A stretch of DNA of 39,103 nt. Origin: a virus. Lineage: Duplodnaviria > Caudoviricetes. The translations under genes and the position numbers were made by a program. The first letter of the stretch is position 1, and each line of letters starts with the position of its first letter. Below the pieces are notes generated by a model. The model saw only the letters and a program-made list of their open reading frames with translations, did no database searches and was not told the DNA's origin. The stretch is from positions 1 to 39,103 of the IMG/VR virus record IMGVR_UViG_3300037458_001652. One strand, 5' to 3'. Below, in pieces: positions 25,404 through 32,762 of this stretch.

Positions 25404-25706
25404 CTAGACGCCGTGGGAGAAGATCACCAGCTCCGGTGCGTTCGGCGCGGCATACAGCAGCCGCGGAACCCGCCCATGCAGGGCATGGGCGATCGTCAGG
25501 TAACCCCAGACCGGGCCGGGACCGGTCAAGGTCACCTCCTCCGCGAGCTGGCCCGGCGACCAGTCACCGAGCAGGGTCACGGCCGCGGCCGCCAGGGCAT
25601 CGGCGGTGGCCTGCTCGGCCGGGAGGTTCAGCTTGCCGTCGACGCCGGGGAGGAAACCGGCATGCTCGGCGATCGCTTGAAAGGTCAAGATCTTCATCGT
25701 CATCAT
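25404..25706 (-). CDS. csx3: Csx3/Crn3-like cyclic-oligoadenylate ring nuclease homolog (orphan)
   Basis: EVTLTGPGPVWGYLTIAHALHG...LLY..P...LVIFSH in a 100-aa protein matches the Csx3 signature V.L(S/T)G.(G/A)P(I/V)W.Y...AH..H ... V..(S/D)H. Confidence 0.7.
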   Translation of the reverse strand: MMTMKILTFQAIAEHAGFLPGVDGKLNLPAEQATADALAAAAVTLLGDWSPGQLAEEVTLTGPGPVWGYLTIAHALHGRVPRLLYAAPNAPELVIFSHGV

Positions 25707-25762
25707 CTCCGAAAGGGCGGTGGCCGGGGCAGTCTGACACGCAACCCGCCGGGCGTCTGATC

Positions 25763-25857
25763 TCGCAAGCTTGCGAAGCGGGCCATCGTGCTACAATTCG
25801 CCCCGGCTATAGCCAAGGCGTCAGCACGCCATTGAGCGGGCTGTTGCTCCGCCGGGG
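25763..25857 (+). ncRNA. candidate small structured RNA with its own plus-strand promoter
   Basis: Palindrome TCGCAAGCTTGCGA 25763-25776; extended -10 TGCTACAAT 25789-25797; 7-bp outer stem 25801-25807/25851-25857 enclosing two hairpins. Confidence 0.4.
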
Positions 25858-25923
25858 TCGGCCAGTCAACCGGCTCCAGCACCCGCCGGGCTCGGTCAGT
25901 CAACCGGGCCCGGCACCCTCCAC

Positions 25924-26283
25924 TCACGCCGTCATCAGCATCTGGTCCTGCTCGGCCATGCCGCGGTCATAGGCGGCGTCGCCATACAAACGGGCGGGCT
26001 CGTCGGGATCGTAGAGCGACCCGCACCAGACTTGCCGGCTTGTCGGCTCGATCTCGGCCTGCTCGGCCATCACGTCACGCACCCGCCGCCGACCCTCCTC
26101 GAACCCGGCGAACCAGGCGTCAGCCTCGGCCGAGCCCAGCGCATACGGCCGCGGCTCCTTCACCCGATCGAGCAGCGACCGCATCGCGGCACGGGCACCG
26201 GCCTTGTAAGCGACCGAGCACGGGTCACGCGGAACCTCGAAGGTCGCGGCCATCAGCTCATCAACCGTGGGTAATCGTGTCAC
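25924..26283 (-). CDS. hypothetical protein with Rmf/CrpP-like motif
   Basis: AYKAG...PYALGSAEADAWFAGFEEG; GTG at 26283 with GGAGG RBS. Confidence 0.65.
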   Translation of the reverse strand: MTRLPTVDELMAATFEVPRDPCSVAYKAGARAAMRSLLDRVKEPRPYALGSAEADAWFAGFEEGRRRVRDVMAEQAEIEPTSRQVWCGSLYDPDEPARLYGDAAYDRGMAEQDQMLMTA

Positions 26284-26284
26284 G

Positions 26285-26503
26285 TCACACCTCCGCGGCC
26301 TGCGAGGCACGCTCGGTCTCTTCGAGCGCCAGGTCCCAGACCCAGTGTTCGGGATCATCCAGCCAATGGTCGGCATCGAAGGCCACGGCCGCGGCCTCGG
26401 CCAACGCGGTCATGCTTCCGCCGCAGTTGTGGACCTCGAGCCGCATCCAACGCCGCACAGCGGGTGCATCAAGCGCGGTCGGTTTCATCAGCATCGTCGT
26501 CAT
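26285..26503 (-). CDS. hypothetical protein
   Basis: GGAGGAG RBS. Confidence 0.7.
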   Translation of the reverse strand: MTTMLMKPTALDAPAVRRWMRLEVHNCGGSMTALAEAAAVAFDADHWLDDPEHWVWDLALEETERASQAAEV

Positions 26504-26539
26504 CTGTATTGGCTCCTCCGTCGCAGCCGGGCATGACGG

Positions 26540-26707
26540 TTATTGACGCCATTCACCCCGCATCGGCGCCTCCATGGCGATGCGGATGGCGGTTGCCGCT
26601 GGATCGGCCGAGGCGTCGATCTCCGCCGCGGCATCCTCATCAGGCCACCAGCACCCGCCTTGCGGGTCAATGACGGTCCAGATCCCCTCATTCTGTTGTG
26701 CAATCAC
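26540..26707 (-). CDS. hypothetical protein
   Basis: GTG at 26707 with GAGG RBS, downstream of an intergenic hairpin. Confidence 0.6.
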   Translation of the reverse strand: MIAQQNEGIWTVIDPQGGCWWPDEDAAAEIDASADPAATAIRIAMEAPMRGEWRQ

Positions 26708-26754
26708 GATCTGACCCTCTGATCGGTGCCCGGCGCGAGCCGGGCGGTTGGTGG

Positions 26755-26976
26755 TCATCCGCGCGAGATACGCTTGGCTTTGGCGTAGAGCTCGTCGTCG
26801 TCGGGGTCCTCGGCCAGCGCCTTGACAACCTCATGCCAACAGACGAGCCCGCCGCCCCACTGCTCGGCTCGACCGCTGTCATTCAGAAATAGGGCGACCT
26901 CGGCGAGATCGCGCTGGGTACCCTTTCCGGCATCGATACGGCGTAAGGCGGCGATGGCTTTTTCGAGCGCGCTCAT
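26755..26976 (-). CDS. hypothetical protein
   Basis: GAGGAG RBS. Confidence 0.7.
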   Translation of the reverse strand: MSALEKAIAALRRIDAGKGTQRDLAEVALFLNDSGRAEQWGGGLVCWHEVVKALAEDPDDDELYAKAKRISRG

Positions 26977-27035
26977 GATCTACTCTCCTCTTGCGCCCGG
27001 CGGGAGCCGGGCGGTGGTATCACTTGTCTGGGCCG

Positions 27036-27329
27036 TCACTCGACCTGCGCCCACGCGTCGAGCGCCGCCCACTTGTGGCGCGGCCACAAGAGGCTCCGGC
27101 CCCGCGGCATCCGCAGCATCTTCGGCGGCAGGCGCTCGCCGCGAAACACGGCCACATCGCCGCGCGCTTCCGCCCAATAGCCGACCGCGCCAAACAGGCG
27201 GTCTTCAGCGTCGCTCATTGGACTGCCGGATGCGTCAGCCGCAAGCGCTTCGCGCGCGGCGATGCCAGCGTGCCTCGCCTGTTCTTCAGAGATCGAGCGG
27301 CGGGTGTTGGCGATTTCGTTGGCGGTCAT
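27036..27329 (-). CDS. hypothetical protein
   Basis: AGGAG RBS. Confidence 0.7.
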   Translation of the reverse strand: MTANEIANTRRSISEEQARHAGIAAREALAADASGSPMSDAEDRLFGAVGYWAEARGDVAVFRGERLPPKMLRMPRGRSLLWPRHKWAALDAWAQVE

Positions 27330-27393
27330 TTTCTCTGCTCCTAGTGGCGCCCGGCGCGAGCCGGGCGGTTGGTTGCAATCGAACCCTCGTCAC

Positions 27394-27588
27394 TCAGATC
27401 CAGCCAAGCGCCTTGAGCCAGCTCGGGTGACCATGCTCGCAGTCGCCATCGGCCTCGACCCAGCAGCGGTGAGGGCACGCCGCCTCACAGCCACCGTCCG
27501 CGTGCCACTCCTCCAACTGCTCGACGATCTCCTCGGAGCTCATCCCGGCGAAGACGTCTTTGTACAGGGTGCGCTGCTCACGAGTCAT
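27394..27588 (-). CDS. small Cys/His-rich conserved hypothetical protein
   Basis: CEAACPHRCWVEADGDCEHGHPSWLKALGWI; ATGA overlap. Confidence 0.7.
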   Translation of the reverse strand: MTREQRTLYKDVFAGMSSEEIVEQLEEWHADGGCEAACPHRCWVEADGDCEHGHPSWLKALGWI

Positions 27589-27839
27589 GGCGCCACCTCC
27601 GTGGTCGGTGGGTCCACTTCCACGGTCGGCGGATCGACTTCCTCGTAAGGGTTCCCGTCGAAGAGCTTGGCAAACGGCGTGAACGCATATTCCTCGGTCG
27701 CCGGATCGAACCCAACCGCGCAGACCACCATCACCGGTTGCCGGGTCTGCTTGTCGGTGCACTCCAATAAGGCCACATCGCCATTGGCGAAGGCCCGTTG
27801 CAAGGTCTCGAAATTCGCCCGATAGCCTTCGGTGATCAT
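27585..27839 (-). CDS. DUF6117-like protein
   Basis: NFETLQRA...GDVALLEC.D....P..VVCAV...Y.FTPF..L.DGNPY. Confidence 0.7.
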   Translation of the reverse strand: MITEGYRANFETLQRAFANGDVALLECTDKQTRQPVMVVCAVGFDPATEEYAFTPFAKLFDGNPYEEVDPPTVEVDPPTTEVAP

Positions 27840-28444
27840 GGCTTCACCTCCTCGGACTCCTCATCGTTCTGGGCCAGCTCTTGGAGCAGGGCCTCGTAGC
27901 GACCTGGGCGCGCCGCTTTGGCGCACTCAAAGGCGTTGTCGAGGTCTTCCCACTCGACATGGCCGGCACGCTCGCCCTTGGCATAAGCGATCAGCAGCTG
28001 GTCGAGTGCCATATCGACGAGCTCGCGTTCCGGGATCGCTTTCGCGTTGACATGGTAGAACTCGCGGGTCAGCGCATTGGCGATCATCATGGCGACCGTC
28101 AACCCATCGAAGGTCTTGCCCATCAGCAACAACTCGCGGCGGTCCGTCGTCTGCCGGTTCTCATCCAGCAGCCCGATCGCTTCGACGTGGATATACCAGC
28201 CCTCGTTGTCGCCCTCGACCGCAAAGCAGCCAACCCAGCGCGCGGCCGGCCAGGGCTGTTGACGGGCATCGGACCCGGCGTCCCAGTCCCGCGTGAGGTG
28301 AAAGTAGTCCAGGGCCTCCCACAGACCGGCGGCCTGAAGCGCGGCCACGGCCAGATCATAGACTTCGCCCTTGGTCGCGAAGCGGTCGAACATCAGGTAA
28401 CCCGGACGTTCCGGGTTCGGTTTCCAGCGCTCAAGGTCGATCAT
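27836..28444 (-). CDS. conserved hypothetical protein
   Basis: RWVGCFAVEGDNEGWYIHVE...LMGKTF; ATGA overlaps at both ends. Confidence 0.7.
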   Translation of the reverse strand: MIDLERWKPNPERPGYLMFDRFATKGEVYDLAVAALQAAGLWEALDYFHLTRDWDAGSDARQQPWPAARWVGCFAVEGDNEGWYIHVEAIGLLDENRQTTDRRELLLMGKTFDGLTVAMMIANALTREFYHVNAKAIPERELVDMALDQLLIAYAKGERAGHVEWEDLDNAFECAKAARPGRYEALLQELAQNDEESEEVKP

Positions 28445-28629
28445 CGGACCACCTCCGACACGGCCATGTACTTGGCCCAAGCGGCGGACTCGATGCGGGT
28501 GAAGGCAGTGGGCTGGCTTGCCCGGAACGTGGGCAAGCGCCCATCGCGGGTGTAGCGGCGCTCGGCCCAGCGCACGATGCGCAAGTACCGCTCGCGGCGG
28601 TCATGGGAACGGCTTCGATGAACGGTCAT
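28441..28629 (-). CDS. hypothetical basic protein
   Basis: GAGGAG RBS; first gene after the promoter at 28706-28733. Confidence 0.6.
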   Translation of the reverse strand: MTVHRSRSHDRRERYLRIVRWAERRYTRDGRLPTFRASQPTAFTRIESAAWAKYMAVSEVVR

Positions 28630-28705
28630 CTCGGTCTCCTCGGTGAAACGGCGGGTTCCGTAACCGCCCACCGATCACCAGACCCGACGGGCGTTTACTG
28701 ATGTA

Positions 28706-28733
28706 AGCATAACATAAGTAAAGCCCGCGGCAA
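28706..28733 (-). promoter_or_regulatory. sigma70-type promoter
   Basis: TTGCCG-N16-TATGCT with TGn extension. Confidence 0.65.
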
Positions 28734-28763
28734 GACCGAAATCCACTCTTCGCGCACGACCGT

Positions 28764-30095
28764 CTAGCCCGGCGCGGCCGGACGCAGCGGCACCACCTTG
28801 GCCGTCTCGCGGCGGCCAGCGGCGGTCAGGATGGCATCGGTGATCCGCTGCATCGGCACCCGCAGCCGCTCGACATCGATCTGCAAGTAGCCAGCGGTCA
28901 CGTCACCGCCGATCCCGCTGGCGTGGTTCATCAACCGCTTGAGGGCGTAGCCGGGAATGTCCAAGCTCTCGGCCACGGTGGCAAAGGTCCGTCGCAGGTC
29001 GTGGGGCGTAAACATGACCCCGCTATCCTGCCGCACCTGCCGCACCCAGTCTTGTTCATTGACCAGGCGACCGGTCGGGCCGGTCCCTGGAAAGACGAAG
29101 CCGGTCCCGGCGTCTTGCTCCTTCCGCCGGGTCAACACCTCATGCAGTCGGTCGGAGAGCGGCAGCTCATGCGGCAGCCGATTCTTCGGGTCCGGGATCA
29201 CGAAGTAGCGCGCGTCGAGGTTCACATGCTCCCAACGCAGGGTCAGTGACTCGGTGCGGCGGCACCCGGTGAAGATCAGGAACTCCAGCCAGTCGGCCAC
29301 GACCGGCGCCCGCCCCGTCCGCTCGCGCAGGGCCTCGACCGCGGCGAACCAAGCCGGGAGCTCGTGCAAGCGGATCAGCCGACGGCGGCGATCGATCCGG
29401 TTCCAGGCCCGGATGGCGTTCAGACGCATGACCGGGTTGTCGGTCACGACCGGCTCGCCCTCCGCGGTCTCGTACTTCCCGATCGCGAAGTTGAACAAGG
29501 CCCGCAGCAGGCGCATCGCCATGTTGGCCCGCGCCGGGCTTTTCTCGGTCTCCTGCCGATGCCGGTGCTCGACCATGGTCCGGGTAATGGCCGTGATCTG
29601 CTTGTGGCGCCAGTCCTCGAGACTGGTCCGAAACGCCTTCTCATAATCGGCCACGGTCACCGGCTTCAGATCCCGCAGCGCCAGGTAGTCCGTGAAGACC
29701 TCGCCCAAGGTCACGGCCTTGGCCCGCGTGCTCCGCTGCTCGGCCAACTGGTCGACGCCCTCGGCGAACCGCCCCAGCTCTTGGATCGCGAGCCGCCGGG
29801 CCCGCTCGGGCGTGACCGCGGGATAGCGGCCCAAGGTCCGCCGCTTGGCGTTTTTCTGTCCCTTCATCCGCGCCTCGACGATCCAGGTCTTCAACCCGCG
29901 GGCGGTGATCTTCAGGGCGAAGCCGGGGAGCTGGCTGTCCCGGATGAAGCGCACGCCCGTGGCGGGCGGCGGGGCCTGCCGGACGACGTGGGGCGCGGCC
30001 AGGTCCGCATACTCGGTGGCGTGATTGGCGACGGGGGCAGCGGGGGCGGCGGGCTCGGGTTTGCGGCTCATCGAAAGTAGACGGATGATAGACAC
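28764..30095 (-). CDS. int: tyrosine integrase with N-terminal arm-binding domain
   Basis: RDSQLPGF.L...RRTLGRYP; TGCRRTE (R), KN, HDLRRT (HxxR), LMNH, TAGY (Y); start could be ATG 30071. Confidence 0.93.
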   Translation of the reverse strand: MSIIRLLSMSRKPEPAAPAAPVANHATEYADLAAPHVVRQAPPPATGVRFIRDSQLPGFALKITARGLKTWIVEARMKGQKNAKRRTLGRYPAVTPERARRLAIQELGRFAEGVDQLAEQRSTRAKAVTLGEVFTDYLALRDLKPVTVADYEKAFRTSLEDWRHKQITAITRTMVEHRHRQETEKSPARANMAMRLLRALFNFAIGKYETAEGEPVVTDNPVMRLNAIRAWNRIDRRRRLIRLHELPAWFAAVEALRERTGRAPVVADWLEFLIFTGCRRTESLTLRWEHVNLDARYFVIPDPKNRLPHELPLSDRLHEVLTRRKEQDAGTGFVFPGTGPTGRLVNEQDWVRQVRQDSGVMFTPHDLRRTFATVAESLDIPGYALKRLMNHASGIGGDVTAGYLQIDVERLRVPMQRITDAILTAAGRRETAKVVPLRPAAPG

Positions 30096-30348
30096 CAGCG
30101 ATAGGTGTCATCATAAGATATAGACGGCTATACGTGGCGTCTGCGGGCACGTCCGAGGCGGTCGATACCCTCAGTAGACGCTAAAATCCCTCAATATACA
30201 ATGCGTTGCCAACTTAAAATCCCTCGGCTTCGGCCATGCGGGTTCGAGTCCCGCCCCGGGCACCATTCAGAATCAGCTGCTTAGGCGCCAACAGAAACCG
30301 GCCTCAAACGGCCGGTCGAAAAAATAGACTCATAGTAGACACCAGCGA
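30078..30348 (+). mobile_element. attP site (core plus arm repeats and IHF-like site)
   Basis: TAGAC-N6-TAGACACCAGCGA on both sides of the core (30078-30101, 30325-30348); AATCAGCTGCTTA at 30271-30283 fits the IHF consensus WATCAR-N4-TTR; phage genes on both sides. Confidence 0.8.
30212..30265 (+). tRNA. 3' half of tRNA-Leu(TAA) (attP core; not a complete tRNA gene)
   Basis: ACTTAAAATCCCTCGGCTTCGGCCATGCGGGTTCGAGTCCCGCCCCGGGCACCA: anticodon loop, long variable arm, T-arm and CCA; 5' half missing. Confidence 0.85.
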
Positions 30349-30384
30349 CCCACGTCACCGTGGGCGCCAGCCGTCAGACAGGAG

Positions 30385-31356
30385 TCAGTGGCGCGTCTTC
30401 AGCCACTCGGAGACGGGGATCAGGACCTCGCCCGGCCGTGGCTTCAGCGAGGCGGGGATCTCCGCCACAGCGCCGGGACCCTCGGCCAGCCGCGCCAGCA
30501 GTTCGGGGAACCGCGCCGGGTAGAACATGGGGTGCGAGGTCAGGTGACTGGCCTTCGCCTTCACGTTGGCGCCGTAGCGCAACCCCTCACCGACCAGCAC
30601 CGGGTAGACCCGCGCCGGGTAGCCCGCGGCTTGCACGGTCCGCCGCTCCAGCCAGCCGAGGCGCGTCAGCACACGATAGACCCCGCGGGCTGAGCGCGGG
30701 TCCTGATGCTGGCCCAACAGCTCGGTCATCGACAGCACCTCCGATCCCGCTTCCGGCGCAACCGTGGGCTCGACCTCCAGCACCGCCAACGGCGAGACCC
30801 CGAGCAGGTCATGGGTCAAGCGGTCGGCGGTCCGCCGGGCGGTCTCGGCATCCAGCCCGCCGTGCTTGGCCAGCCGCAGGAAATCACCAAAGGTCTTGGC
30901 GAGCTTGGCTGGGTCCGGCACGGGGCCGAAGAGCTCGCCCTGGACGGGGTTCGGGCGGAAGGCGGGGCTGGCGGTCATCAGGGCATCGAAGGTGCGGATG
31001 ACGGTCAGATGGAACGCGGGCGAGATCCACATGGCATAGCCGTAAACCAGCTCGCGGCGGACGAAGGTGCCTCCGCCCGTCGACGGCGCGCCGGGGACGC
31101 TGATAACCGGTTGAATTTCATCAACTACCGGAATCCCGGCAGATGGCTTTTTCAGCTCCTCGATCAACGCTTTCGTCTGGTCAAGCCCGAGCCAGTAGTT
31201 CGGTCGGTGGCGACTCGCGCCGCCAGCGGCGCGGTGCAGGTCGTTCAGGCTGAACCGGCCGGCGGCATCGCGGCTGACTTCGACGCCGCACACGGACACC
31301 GGCGAGAGGGCGTTCAGGGGCGATTCGGCATGGGCCGAATGGAAGGGGTAGGACAT
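30385..31356 (-). CDS. KilA-N domain protein (antirepressor-like)
   Basis: RDAAGRFSLNDLHRAAGG...PNYWL...GTFVRRELVYGYAMWISPAFHLTVIRTFD. Confidence 0.9.
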   Translation of the reverse strand: MSYPFHSAHAESPLNALSPVSVCGVEVSRDAAGRFSLNDLHRAAGGASRHRPNYWLGLDQTKALIEELKKPSAGIPVVDEIQPVISVPGAPSTGGGTFVRRELVYGYAMWISPAFHLTVIRTFDALMTASPAFRPNPVQGELFGPVPDPAKLAKTFGDFLRLAKHGGLDAETARRTADRLTHDLLGVSPLAVLEVEPTVAPEAGSEVLSMTELLGQHQDPRSARGVYRVLTRLGWLERRTVQAAGYPARVYPVLVGEGLRYGANVKAKASHLTSHPMFYPARFPELLARLAEGPGAVAEIPASLKPRPGEVLIPVSEWLKTRH

Positions 31357-31400
31357 AGTCTTGCTCCTAGATTGCTGCTACGCAAAGAATCGCCCAAAAG

Positions 31401-31707
31401 GGCGGCCGGGAGGGTAGCAACGGCTCTAGGAGACCGCCTCGCGCTTTCCCCTCGCGGGTGTTGTATCGCGCAAGACTCCCGGCCAGCGAACTGGTCAGGC
31501 ATAAAAAATCCGCAGGTCTCACGGGTGCGGTGTCCGCCTAGAGCGAGGTTGCTACGCCTCTTGCGGATCATCCTAGCCCGGCACTGGCAGCTTGGCAAGC
31601 ATCGGCGAAGAGAGGCGGCCGGGAGGGTGACAACGGCTCAGAGAGACCGCGCGCAACTTTCCCCTTGCGGGTGTTGTATCGCTGCGCACTCCCGGCCAGC
31701 GAACTGG
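31401..31707 (-). repeat. two ~94-bp c4-target-like structured repeats
   Basis: 31401-31494 and 31614-31707; each closed by a GGCCGGGAG/CTCCCGGCC stem; partial third copy near 32452-32483. Confidence 0.85.
31503..31567 (-). ncRNA. c4/CI-like antisense RNA
   Basis: TCCGCA/TGCGGA outer stem, two inner hairpins and a U6 tail; exposed GTAGCAAC and GCTCTAG are exactly complementary to the mRNA at 31414-31421 and 31423-31429. Confidence 0.7.
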
Positions 31708-31789
31708 GCCGCTCGGCTACAGTCCGGGCAGACCCCGCTTCTGTCGCTGGCGATCCCGGCGCTCTTGGCGGCGTTGCGTGCTGCGGCAC

Positions 31790-32215
31790 TTAGCCATGAC
31801 CGGGGACCTCCGCCACCACGCCACGCAGCCGGCGGGCCTGGGCTTCCAACATCTCGGCCACCTCCGCGATGGCCTGCCGGTCTTCCCGGCGAGGGCTGAA
31901 ACGGCCTTGACGGTCGGTATGCATGAAGATCAGGTCATCAACCACGCCCCCAAGGTCGACCAGGAGCTCGAGGGCGGTTTCCGTCCCAGCGAACGGGACG
32001 CTAACCAAGAGGGTCGAGGCCGGCTCCTTGCCCAGCGCGGCGCCGGTAAAGCCGCGGGCAAAATAAGCACGCGGCCCGCCGATCGATTCGGCCATCAACG
32101 CCTCCAAGACCGCCGCGGCCAACTGCCGGGCGGCACGCCGCGCAGCGGCGTTCATGGGGAGGCCGCCCGGGCCAAGCGCGGGCCGCGCATGGTAACGAAC
32201 GCTGGATAAGGCCAT
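31790..32215 (-). CDS. hypothetical protein, paralog of 32763..33146
   Basis: Shared EPAS.L.VS...LL.DL...VD.L..MH...R.EDR.A..E.A.MLE.QA.R.R. Confidence 0.7.
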   Translation of the reverse strand: MALSSVRYHARPALGPGGLPMNAAARRAARQLAAAVLEALMAESIGGPRAYFARGFTGAALGKEPASTLLVSVPFAGTETALELLVDLGGVVDDLIFMHTDRQGRFSPRREDRQAIAEVAEMLEAQARRLRGVVAEVPGHG

Positions 32216-32424
32216 CAGTGCATCACCTCGTCAGTCCTAATTGCCGGGCCGAGGTCAAGCACCTCCGCCCGTCGGCCGTAGTAGGCGTCGGCCTGAATCA
32301 CGCCGGCCTCGTGAACCCACTCATCGAGCCGGCCCGTCGGGGTCGTCGCCCTGTCATCGCAGAGCATATCCTCGCTCGTCACCCAATCACCGGGCCGCGA
32401 GGTCATGCCAGGCCAGGAGGTCAT
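32215..32424 (-). pseudogene. 5'-truncated copy of the DUF4262-like gene
   Basis: C-terminus PTGRLDEWVHEAGVIQADAYYGRR...AIRTDEVMH is nearly identical to that of 33146..33574; N-terminal half missing. Confidence 0.65.
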
Positions 32425-32525
32425 CCAGTCGGCCCAACCGCCTCATGAACGGTATCGCGGCGCCCTCCCGGCCAACGAACTGGGCGGGTCAAACAAGCAC
32501 CGCGGGCCAGCAACCCGACGCGCGA

Positions 32526-32747
32526 TCACTTCCAGCGATTCACCCAGCAATCGGCCGGCGGGCATCGGTGCACGCCCTGACCGCTCCCGTTCGACTTGGG
32601 CCCATCGTCGTGCGTCGCTGGAGTGCGAGGAACGTAGACCCGGCGCCCGTTAAGGGCACGGCAAATATCCAATAACAGCGCGTGCCCCGGCTCATGCCCC
32701 AGTCGGTCGGTCACGACCCGCGCGAAGGTGTCGAACTCCAAGCTCAT
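32526..32747 (-). CDS. Mor-activator-like N-terminal fragment
   Basis: LLLDICRALNGRRVYVPR resembles the Mor GG..(V/I)Y(I/V)P motif; no C-terminal HTH; GAGG RBS. Confidence 0.5.
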   Translation of the reverse strand: MSLEFDTFARVVTDRLGHEPGHALLLDICRALNGRRVYVPRTPATHDDGPKSNGSGQGVHRCPPADCWVNRWK

Positions 32748-32762
32748 GGTTAGGCATCCACC

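Larger units (their letters stand above)
26728..27372. repeat. three copies of intergenic hairpin GCCCGGC-G(C/G)GA-GCCGGGCGGT(T)GG
   Basis: Copies at 26728-26751, 26995-27018 and 27349-27372, each between a stop codon and the next RBS. Confidence 0.85.

Noticed and set aside
24927-25404. Diversity-generating retroelement TR/VR pair (all mismatches at A)
   Set aside because: Only 31 bp, all four changes are transitions, and no reverse transcriptase in the window
26728-27372. CRISPR array or integron attC array
   Set aside because: Spacing of about 270-350 bp with whole genes between copies; no GTTRRRY/RYYYAAC ends evident and the integrase is phage-type
30212-30265. Functional phage tRNA-Leu gene
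   Set aside because: The 5' acceptor strand and D-arm are absent; it is an att core
31314-31789. Ash/Icd-like ORFs 31314..31598 and 31568..31789
   Set aside because: They run across the c4-like RNA elements and lack convincing RBS or starts; the conservation is explained by RNA structure, though a leader peptide cannot be excluded
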